Source: Bispira polyomma (lineage: Eukaryota). From it: DNA of 64,000 nt. The stretch is from assembly GCA_965649765.1 (NCBI GenBank), contig OZ287759.1:35588001-35652000 (forward strand). The letters run 5' to 3'. Both the position numbers and the translations under genes were made by a program. The first letter of the stretch is position 1, and each line of letters opens with the position of its first letter. The notes under the pieces are model-generated. The model had not been told where the DNA came from, did not search any database, and was given only the letters and a program-made list of their open reading frames with translations. Shown one piece after another: positions 26,750 through 38,500 of this stretch.

Positions 26750-27120
26750 AGAATGGGCGGAAACGGGACGTTACAGTAGTAAAACAAAAATACCTGGAAA
26801 TAGTTGAAAACAGACAGAAACAGCCGATTACTGGGACTTAAGAGTTACAGTAATGATTTGGCACTACTCGGAAATAGTGGGAAACGGGCGGAAACAGCCG
26901 ATTACTGGGATTTAGGAATTATACTAGTCATTCCGTAATACTCGGAAATAGTGGGAAATGGGTGGAAACAGCCGATTACTGGGATGTATGAGATATACTA
27001 GTGATTCGGCATTACTCGGAAATAGTGGAAAACGGACGGAAACAGCCGATTACTGGGACGGGAGAGTTACAGTAGTGATTCGGCATTACTCGGAAATAGT
27101 GGGAAATGGGCAGAAGCATT
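26750..27120. repeat. 74-bp tandem repeat, CpG- and CGGAA-rich
   Basis: CTCGGAAATAGTGG at 26867, 26941, 27015 and 27089 (exact 74-bp spacing). Confidence 0.9.
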
Positions 27121-28449
27121 TTGTCTCTTATTTCTGCCTTGGTGAGTTCTGATCCGAGCCAAAACATGGCCGATTGTGGAATGTTTGGTAAGGAAGCTGA
27201 ACTTAATGGGAAAGTTAGGGGAAGTTTGAAAGGGTCCCCCGGTGCTACGAGACAGTCTCTAAAACGTCTCTGTAACAGCCTCTCCTTTCTGTCATGGTGT
27301 GAACACCACTTAAGTGATGATATATTAATGCCGTCTTCTTAGGTGCAGTTTCAATAGCCTTTTTAAAGCTTTACCTAAATCTAGTCCTCCTGATTTTTTT
27401 TTAAACAAGGCATGCTGAATCGTGATATCCCGACTATGTTGTTCTTCCATTCTAAGACAAATTTGAGGTGTTAAGAAATCTTCTTCTTTTATTCAAATAA
27501 GTGGTTTATTGCCCTCTTCCTCATAAAAAAAAAACTTATACAGACATTCAAACATCACCTTCTTTATATATCCCACCCATTAGACACTTCAATTTATTTT
27601 TAATTTCTATAATTTATGACATGTCACATCTCGCATGTTTAAGCCTCTCAGGGTTTCCACCCCACACTTTTTTTCACACGTGTTATCACGATTGCGTAAT
27701 GGCAAAGGAAAACAATTATTGTTTTGCAATATTTAGCCTCCTCGTCATCATTGTTATGATTGCAATCATTTGTCATTTTGACCTCATTTTACTGGTACCT
27801 TTTTTTTATTTAACTTTCACAAAATCTATTTCTCAAACCTTTGACTGTGACTTTTTAGGAGACATTTAATACCAATAATATACGATTATACAAGGTTTTT
27901 TACAGAAAAGTTGTCACTCTCCAAACCAGGTGTATCAATGGGTGAATGGGCGATAATAGGTGTTATTTTGTGCACCGTATGTGTGGCAGCATGGCTAGTA
28001 TGCTCCCTGAGACTAAACAATTGATTGACAAGTGGAAGAACCCAGCCACAAAGGTTTTAAACGTTCACAAATATACATGGCAGCTCTGCAAATGCTCACA
28101 GATACCAACAGAGTGATCCAAATGTAGACGAATCTGAAACAAAGTTAGAACCTATACACAGTGATTGATTCAAAAATGTTTAAAGCGTCTTCATTTCGTT
28201 GGTTCTTCTGTATAAGACCTAGATATTATGAACGTATTTCACCATGAGAATAACGATTTCCTTCATTTCCCTTTTCGCAGCTATAAAAGTTGCAGTCACT
28301 TTTTCAGGTGTTCCTATGTAAACTACTGAATATTTTCTCTAGAAATTAGGGTTACATTAAATTTTTACTGAAAACAAGTAAATTCTTGGTACATATGACT
28401 TAAAGATGTAAATACAATAAATTTTACTGAAAAAAATTTCCACCTTGGT

Positions 28450-28540
28450 ACATTTTGTCCTGGTTCGTTTTGTCCCGGTTTATTTTGTCCCGATTCGTTT
28501 TGTCCCGGTTACTTTTGTCCTGGTTCATTTTGTCCTACAC
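28450..28540. repeat. short TTTTGTCC(C/T)GGTT tandem repeat
   Basis: About six copies at ~16-bp spacing. Confidence 0.7.
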
Positions 28541-29619
28541 CTGGCGTCATTTCCTGTATTAAGTTACCATAACTGTCTTCATCATGTGTGATGTATAGAT
28601 TTATAATTGAATCTGTCACTGTGTATGTGGCGTGTGATGTTTTCATTAAATTAATTACCATGATATACTATAGCTATTCAAAGTATATTCCGATGCCATC
28701 TCAAAGTGCATTCTGTTAAAGTGCGTTTTTTTTGTTTTTTTTTGTCATTTGACCTTATTTTACTAGTAGCATTTTTATTTGACACCATATATTAGTCAAA
28801 CCTTTACAGCTTACATTTAAAGAGTTATAAAGATATGTAATTTGGTAAAAAAAAAACAGCAAAGAAAGTGTTATTGTGTATAAACTGTATCTAGAGTGGT
28901 TAATTAACCTTGTAAAATATCTATTGTAAATAAATCACAATTTAGGTTTAAAGTGTGTATACCTGATTGTATTTATAATTATAATATTAATAATAATGTT
29001 TATTCTCGTATATATGAAACATGATACAAAAAGAAGAAAAAAAACGCCAATTACAATTCAAACAGAAGGAAATATCTTGTAACAAAACATTATTATTATT
29101 CTGTACAGACACAAGAGATTATTTCATTTATCTCAGACAAAGTAAGCATAGTGCGTCATTAATTCTCTAATTGAATCTCTAAAATTATATTATTTTCTGC
29201 AATTTTTACATTTTTTTTTATTGAACTAAGGACTTATAATAGTGGATACATTAACTGAATTTAAATCAACAAAACCTAACTGATCCTTCCTGATGTTATA
29301 TTTTTAACAAAGTATATTTATATTATTGCATAAGCTATGACTACTACCATTTAATACTAAGAAGAAAACCAGATGAGACACATATATTATCACTTTTTAG
29401 AACACTGTAGAAATGTCTAAAAAAACGCCCATCTGCAACTTAACATCAGCAGGAAAGTCTTCACACATCAGCGGTAAAAACCCAGAGTGAGTAATCTGTT
29501 GTTTTATAATTTTTCTGGTTGTATATGTGTCACTGTAATAAATGAATACATAAATAATAGTATTCTGCAAGCCGATGTATTTTAATACTATCACAGTACA
29601 TATTTCGGAAGATGCTGAA

Positions 29620-29830
29620 TAAATAAACAGGGCCACGCGTGAACAAAGCCTCACAACAGGTTTTTTTTTTGCTCCGAAACCACTAAATGGTCTCTGACGC
29701 ACGCGACCGTTTTCATTGATACGAGGGTCTCCTCCAATTCCATTGGCGTAGAGAGATTTCGGCAATTTCCGGCCAGAATTCGTCTGACAAATAACAACGG
29801 AACCGGATGACATACCGGAAATTGTATGTT
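29620..29830 (+). promoter_or_regulatory. CpG-rich putative promoter and first exon of ABCB6-like gene A
   Basis: Local CpG enrichment in an AT-rich background, several ETS-type CGGA(A/T)/TTCCGG motifs, CCAAT/ATTGG, and a donor-like AAATT|GTATGT at 29823/29824. Confidence 0.5.
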
Positions 29831-32562
29831 GTTTCTGATGTAATAATTGGTATTTACTAACCGTTATGTGGGTTATAAACTTCTCGTTATTATTTTATAA
29901 TACTAGCTTGTAATGATAGCTATATAATTGACACTTCAGTATCACTTGATCCTAGTTCGTAATTATATATAAATATTTATATCTGTTGCTATTTCTACTA
30001 CTTTTACTACTACAAGTAAAGACGTCATAATGCATTTCCACTGTCCTAGTATTTTCCGGTGTTTTGATATGAAAATCTTCGACTAAAAATTCATCCTCGC
30101 CTGTTATTTTTATAGAGGAGTTTTTGAAGGGTATTTTTGGGACGACGCCCTAATTTGATGTGGCTTGTTTTCTTCATATCAATTGTAATTATTGAGATAA
30201 TAACCTGTAATAAGCTGCATGACTATACAACTAGGCTTATAGATCGTGCTATGGTTTTCAGATTAGAACACCGGGCCGCCTATTATCTCTTTATTATGAG
30301 TATGTTTCTATTTGTTTATAGTTTGTTTTTGGTTACATCTATCGTACTTAAACCCCAAAATCCACAAACATCTACATTGTGTTGTCTCACGACAATTTAC
30401 AGCCCTTTATAAACATACAGAGACTACACACATGTACACTGACAGAGTGGAGAGTGTGTGATCTGGGCTTCATTGTATTAATAACCAAGTTTTGTGAAGT
30501 GAATGTAATCATAGAGAGATTACAAGATCATTTGATAAGTGCCCTTGACAAATTATTAGCATTTTTTTGTGTTAAAACAATTAATCTCTTTGGTTGATAT
30601 AGTATTGTATAATATTCCTGAAATGTAAATGCTTCCAACAAACATATAGTAATCTGGGTGAAATTTCTTACGGTAACAGATGTATCTTAAATTAATCTCT
30701 TAGGGCCATTACACACTGCCGACAATACAACACGACGTGACAAAAACATTAGAAATAAGAAAATACATAAAGATTATATACACTGCCCCGACACAACACA
30801 ACACTACACTACAGAACACGGCAAGTTAACTTGGAGAAATCTCCAAAAAAGTAGTTTTACTGTGTATTTGTATATTGTTTTTGCAAAAATGACAGCAAAA
30901 ACGGTCTTGCAGTTGGCGGTCTAATAAGGCGACAGAAGAAAATTTTCCATATAATCGACTAAAACACTTTCGTAAAAGAGAATCAATTGGAGTTTTTTGG
31001 AAAGTTTTACATGTATAACTATATTAAGTTCTCTAATATTATGAAAACCCATAAAAAAAGCTTTATCACAACCAAAAAAAGTGAAAACAATACATCATAA
31101 TCACTAGTATGCTTTTACACTATCTAGTTTATAGCTAATTAATTCCAAAATTAACTCCAAGTTTAATTTAAATTTGTATTTATCTTTTAACGTGTATAGT
31201 TTTTAGTTTTTGAACGTGTAACATTTGGCCAACAGTGCAAATTAATTCCAGTATTTTTTTTTTTTTTTTTAATATGAGTTATTGCCAAAAAAAAAAAATC
31301 AGTTTTCAATTTAATTTTTAACTAACAGTACAGTAAATGTTAAACTGTAGATAAATGTTCTTCCAACTGAAATCTCAACTTATACAGTAAGTATTATAGA
31401 TAATAAAGAAAAACGATGAGAGAAATATCTTGTTTACTTTAAGTAATCTTCTTGTAACCCACTTAAGAGACCAAGGTTTAGAGTATCTTGTGATAAGAAC
31501 TTATTCATGATTTATATAAGCTATTTATAGGGTCTGACATCCTCTGTCTATTAAAAGTTTAATTACCTCTAGCCAAAATGTTTCATTCATTCAGTTCTCT
31601 CCTTATATGCCAATAGTATTACATAAGATGGACGATGTATATTTTTCCTGACATGTGTTATTAAATATTTCATACTGTAATTATATATATAACACGATAG
31701 GATTGAATTATACTGATTGATTAGTTATACGTTTGTAAATCAGCTGGGACAGGAAATGAATTACTGTTGCGGTGTCTAAGCGTAAAAAATGTCATATTGT
31801 TTTACAAATAAGGAATAATTTAAACTTGTCTCACTTCTGAACTGTACTGAAAAAACCTAGGATATTATATGTGTTTATACAAACTCAGTGGATTAAATAC
31901 AGGGTCTGTTCAACTTTAAATCTGCATTTCAAATGAGACATATACACTTAAACTATAAATACCAGTGAATGAGAGGTGGGAGAGGGGTGGGGGGACTGGG
32001 AAACCCCCCGGAAAACATCCTCGTCAGGGTTCTTACTAAAACCACAAGATACACAGAAGACACTACTATTTGGTCAATAGTATTCAGTTATTGCTCAATA
32101 ATTTTGTGACCTTGTTTTCCCCTATCCTAGAGTGTGTAGATATGTATATATATATATATAGATCGTCTGCCTGTCTTAGTTTATATCAAAATATAACAAA
32201 ACTGGGGATTGACTTGTACATTTGACACTACAAGTCAAGAAGAGGTTAGTGTGTGTCTGCTATGTAATCTGTAGATGTGGAAAATTTCACTAAATTTTTT
32301 ACCATTTTTCGAGAAGCTTAACCGGAATTTATCTTTTACTGGTGGCTGTATGTTTGGAAGTTTAAACATCAATACAAGTTTCAATGTAAAACATTAATCT
32401 TCACTACTTTGGCTAAAATTAGGCTTTGGCTCAGTGAAAATATCTATTTACACAGTAGATATCTGTGTGTGTGTGGGGGGGGGGGGGGGCTATTTACTGT
32501 ACACGCCTTTTTATTGCTGTTGTTATGTTGTTGTAGTATGATAAACAGCATCTGTGGTTGTC

Positions 32563-35500
32563 ATGGGTGCTAACAAACACCATAGCAACAGGAAGGGCAA
32601 ACAAGTAAGTGATGGAAGAAGTATAATAATAGATAAGATAATATATCAGACTTTTTTAGCGCTTATTTTCGTTGTAACGAATTCTAAGGCGCAAGGATAA
32701 GATAGATGGATTAATAATAAGTACATATACAATTAAATCAGTAAAAACAAAAATATCTAACAGTGTTATAGTACCAAGTCCAAAATATACTTATTTTAGT
32801 TACTTTAAAATAAGGAAACTTATAATGAACAGCTCCCACCTGTGCGATCCATGTAAGACAAGCCCGTGCAACATATCCTTTTTCATTTTGGAATTCATAT
32901 TTGTATCGTATGATATATCTTTGCAACACACTTTGATGCATCTTCTAAAGCGCAACAACCAAAAACAATCAATCAATCAGGTGTCCAACAATATAGCCTG
33001 GGTCGCCAGCAGAAGGCAATGACATGTTCACATATCGTCCAAGGATGTTATCCCACCAATAAGCCTCACTGCATTAGCAGTGGTGGAACCGGGGACCTTT
33101 TGATCAACAGACCAACTCCCTGACCACTAGGCCATTAGGAGACTCAAAGGTTATGTATTTACATTGGCCCTATGTCCCTTATCCACAGTCACATTACTGC
33201 CCTTCTGTATGTGCCTCAATTTTGGAATTTTTGCCTGACGATTTTTAGTCTTAGCGTACTGACATCCTGTATTTGAAGACGACATTGCTGTTGCAAAGAC
33301 TTTAATTTGAAGCGAAGGTTCAGTGAATCTCGTTCCAGGGTCCGTATTCTCGGAACGAAAGGGAACCCAAGCTTACCTCAAGGAAGGCAATGTGGAAGTC
33401 ATTGTATATATATATAAAAATAACCCATACGTTCGACTAGTTATTGTAATAGAGCTTTTAGTGCTAAATTCACATATAAAGACAGATTTCCGTTTTCTTT
33501 TACTCTGGTCAGAGGTATGGAGACTTTAGGAGATAAGATTAAATCCGTGCTTCAGTTTTTTTTTGCGGATGTTGCCACATGACTCTCTTCAACCTGTCTC
33601 TATCATTTTCTGCTATTGTTTTTATACAGAGTAGATTACACATTCCCCTGAAATTGCAAAACAAAATTGATGTACTATCATTTTTACCCAATTTTTTAAA
33701 GATTTTGAGCACTTTGGGGGTCAATATCTTTTTAGAAAAAACAAAAAATACAATCAACTCTCTCAAATCGGTGACATTTTTAGTTGAAAATTGTTCTTGT
33801 TAAATAAAAACACCCAGATGTAATAAACTGTCGTTGTATTTTTCTCCTGTCAGGATCTTTTTAACAATGGTACAAAACCATCTGAGAAAAAGGACAAAGC
33901 AGACATAGTGATTAAGGATGGAGACCAGTCTGACGCCACAAAGAAGAAGAAGTTGAAGTCCACCTGGAGTAACCTGGTCAAGTATGGTCGGGAGCTTTGG
34001 CCTTATGTCTGGCCATCGGGAGACCTCTACCTACAGGCCATTGTGGTGTTGGCTATCGTCATCATACTGGCTACCAGGCTAGTCAATGTACTGGTACCCG
34101 TTTTCTACAAAAAAATAGGTAGGGGACTTTTTTATATATTGGTACTACTCTCCTAATCCTAGGCATCATCGACACATACTGCCTGTATATTTATGACACC
34201 ACCACCCCAAAAACCATGTTTCATATTACTTGAAATAATAGCAACACTGAACAACTGTCATGTTGCCTGTAAGAGATACACGAATAAGAAGTAGTTCACA
34301 TAGCAAACAGAACACGATGTAGTGTTAAGCCTGGCGTTAAAATTACCAACATGATACATTTTTTGCCAACATTGGGCAAATCCATAAATGGTTAATCAAT
34401 AGTAGTTGTTTAAGTAAATAAGTCAGTAACTTTCCTAACCTGTTAAATATATGTTCATAACGATCATGTGTCAGATTAAAAACATTTGTTTTGTGTGTGG
34501 GGGGTGAAAATCAAAATTCCAGAATTGTGTATACATGGCTAAACTATCTGATATATCTTATAACACTGTAAATATCATAGCATATCACGACAGTTATGGC
34601 CATTTGTTGACAGTGTACCTTTAGTCTTTCTTAAGGCTTATCTTTGTCAGAAATACTCAATTTACGAAGTCAGAAATTTGTTTGTAACTGATTTGAAATA
34701 TAAATACATTTAATCTAACATCATACTCAGACAATGCTCCTGATCTTCAGTGGCCCAGAGATAAGGGAGTCAGTTCGACTCCTCTCAAAAGTACCACAAT
34801 ACATGCTGGGGGGATAACTGCTCTTTGATAAAAATCTCAACACACCATCGCCTACTGATGACCACCAATATGCTATGTTGTATTATTATCTCTTCTTGGA
34901 GAGAAAGCACATTGGAGGATATATACCACAATTTGGCACAATATCTAACTGCTCCAAAATCAATAAATAATATGCTAATAACGTCTATACTTCTGGCCAA
35001 GACATCAGAAGCTGTTATAGGAGTTACATATAATGCTGAATTCATTGTTTACATGTATTTTGAAATACATAGAATTCCGAAAACAACTAGGATTTATTTT
35101 CTGAGCAAATATGAGCCTTAACCAAGGCTAGTAGCAGGCTACTACTATATATGGATTGGTTGGAAGCAATTCACCCGTCTAAACTTAAGGGGCGTCAGAT
35201 GTACCTGAGTATATAGTGGCCATATCAACACGTTAGTGTATTTCAAGCTGTGCAACCCTGTCTTTTTTTAAAAAACTAACCTTGTTAGTACACTTCGTGT
35301 TGACCTTCGCCATGAATGTACATTATATTAAAAAATATTTAAAACCCTTAACATTGCAACCAATAATCATAAAAATCTGACTTACTGTATATTTTTGTAT
35401 ACAAAGATATCTAAAAACTGGCCACATATTTGAGCTCCTCGCCGAAAGCTCTATTAAAACGAATGGTCATATGTCTAGGTTATCAATATCAAATAATTAT

Positions 35501-38500
35501 ATAAACTAAAAATATGTTATACAAACTTTTATTCGAGTTTCAAGCAAGTAGTTGAAGAACTTTTGAGAAATGTACTCCCCCTATCTTTGTGCTTTGTGTC
35601 TAACAAGAACCCTCTCTATGACTTTCCCATTACTCACTTTACTACTATGCATGTGTGTAAGAGCCTCAACAGGTTTAATCCCCTACTTAACACCTACTAC
35701 CACCCCCACCCCCCCCCACCCCCTTACTCTTGGTAGATCCTTGACACACATATTTTTACTATTTTAAACAAGACCATGCATTCCTGTCAGCACCACTCAT
35801 TTGTTACTATTTTGTAGCTGCTTCATCCTGTTAAGGACATTGTTAAATTAGTGCCCACACTTATAACAAACCTTTTTCCAGGTAGTTGACAACTTTGAAG
35901 GATAATTTAATATTTGTGTAGATGGGAATTTTATAGTTAATTAATCTAAGACTTATTTAATCCAAGCTTGTTTCAATCAGACTATGTAAAGGATTGATTT
36001 TTAAAATCTATTTATTAACAATCTTGATTGGATTTTACTTTTATGTGTAAAAAGCAGACGCCCACAAATCTGATTTCCAGGAACAATCCCTGACCCAAAA
36101 CAATCCCCCGCAGAAAAACAACCCCACAAAAATAATCCCCCACAAAAAAAAAACAGCCCCTACAAGAAAAATATAACAATCACCCCACAAAAAAGCATTT
36201 CCCCCCAAAAAACAATCCCCCAAATACCCAAATAACGCCCCCCCCCCCCACCCCTCTAAAAAAAAAACAAACAATCTCCCCCCCCCCACACACAACAAAC
36301 AACCCCTTCAAAGAAACAATGCCGACCAAAAGCAATCACTGGGAACATTAATTGTTATTCTAAAAGGGCTGGATCCAGAACTTTCTCTATTGCTGTGTTG
36401 GAATAGTCTCCCTGTTGAGCTTAAACGATTTAAAAAAGTATAATGGCGCCATATAATTTTGGAAATACGAAAATATGAAAGCTGTAGTTAACAAAGTAAA
36501 ACAAGAAAAACAGCTCTTTAACCTTCCTGTGAGAGCTGAGTATGAGTTTAAGCATGAGTGTATTTTAAAAACACCAGGCCTGATACCCATACTTTGTTTT
36601 CCCAGTGAATAGCCTCACACCCGACGTACAACAGCCGATGTCCAGGAATTCTTTGCTCGATGAAAACGACACTCTAGCTTCCACCGAGTATGGCTTTCAC
36701 CAGGAGTCTGACATCACACCATCCACTGTGACGTCACTAATGAATGGCTACTATGTGCCGACATCATCAACCGGAAACACAAACGGCATCGAGTTCCGCT
36801 GGGATTACATCTTGGCCTTCATTGCCCTAAAATCTTTACATGGTAATATCTAATTTTAGGGCTTAGTTTAATAAATTTGATAAAAAAATTCAGCTTTTTT
36901 CAAAGATACTGTGGTATAAAGTGGTAAACAATTTTCACTAGGAATTAAATTTTAGCTATTGTATTTTGAATGCGTTGGGAGGGTCCACAGTTAGTTCCTA
37001 TTGCAAATAGAAACTTGTAGTATTGATATTTAAACTAAAAAATAGTCAATCTTGTGAAAATGATTTTCAACAATGATGTTTCCAGTTATCAAAATAGAAA
37101 ACCGGGGATAACTTGATGATCCACTATGCCAAAATAATTTCTTTGAATATAATTAAATGCTGATAAACCAATTTGTAGGAGATGTAAGGGAGAGATGGGA
37201 CATTGGCCAAGAATGGATCTATTTAATTTTGCAGCAGATCTGGGCAGATTTTTTAAAAACTTTTTAGTGCACAGGTATGCACTCAACCGAGTGCCCTTCT
37301 AGTTCAACATTTAATAATTAATAGAAAAGTTAGATTTTCAATATACACTGACATTATATTTATTAAAGACTTCTAAAAACTAGGATTTTTTAAAATTTAT
37401 TACATATTATATATGTTAATTGTTTTTTCATAATATAATCTGATGTGATCTCACGCTCTGAGAACTTTTAGTGCATGGTCATAGATAAAATTATTTATCA
37501 AATGATTGATTATAACTTTATCGTGTATTGATATACAGATGTATAACAAACTTAAGGTGGTGCATAAATTTATCTTCTGTTTCAGGCGGAAGTGGCTACC
37601 TCAACTGTCTGCGCAGCTTCCTGTGGATTAAGGTTGCACAGAACACTAAAAAAAAGATCACCCTCAAGCTGTTCAAACATCTACATCAGTAAGTAAAGAA
37701 AAAAAAATACTCCAAACAATTCTACTTAATCTATTTCACAGATTTTTGAAAATTTGCGTTGGTATTTACAGAGGTTCTTTTTTTTTAGTCTTATTTTAAA
37801 CAATGTGATTGGGTAAGCATAAGAAAATTCTAAGAATTGCATTCTTATCAATAATGTTTGTGGTAACACACTTGCCTCCCACCTCTGAGGTCATGAGTCC
37901 TACCATCAACCCTGGTGTGTCTATTTAGAACAAAAGGTGACAGCACATTTCTTGAAGGGTCAGTATCACATATAATCTTTTGTTCCCTTTATTGTTCCTT
38001 GTGTATGTATGTAGATGATTACAAAACCAAACCAGAGTTGTCTTTAAAAAAGTAGCAGGCGCACAGTATGAAATACACTACCGTTGATATGGCCACTATA
38101 TACTCAGACTCCCAAGCTGCGCCTGATATGACAATAAATGTTACATCAACCCTCGATTTGACCGGGTCGATCGCTTCCAACCAATCCATGAATGCCTTAC
38201 ATATTCTAAGATGGTGGGTGCCCATTTTTAGAATGAAAACAAATTCAGGCTGAACCTGTAAGGCCCATTCTATTTGCATATTCTCCTCTTTCACTTACAG
38301 CTTGTCTGTTCGGTGGCATGTGACCAGAAAGACTGGAGAAGTGGTGAGAGTGATGGACAGAGGGACACAGAGCATCACCCTCATACTCAAGTAAGGCACA
38401 CATATGTTTAACCCATTAGATCACAAGATAAAACTATTGCCGGAAACTTAAGGAAAATGTTTTCAGCCATCATAGGAGGAATCAGCATTGACAACATGAA

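Noticed and set aside
29397-30597. ORFs around the CpG promoter as TMD0 exons
   Set aside because: No resemblance to ABCB6 TMD0 that I can see and no consistent splice chain; the hydrophobicity is explained by T-rich DNA.
33867-33869. ATG near the start of exon 33854 as the ABCB6-A start codon
   Set aside because: Out of frame with the transporter; an upstream phase-0 exon is required.
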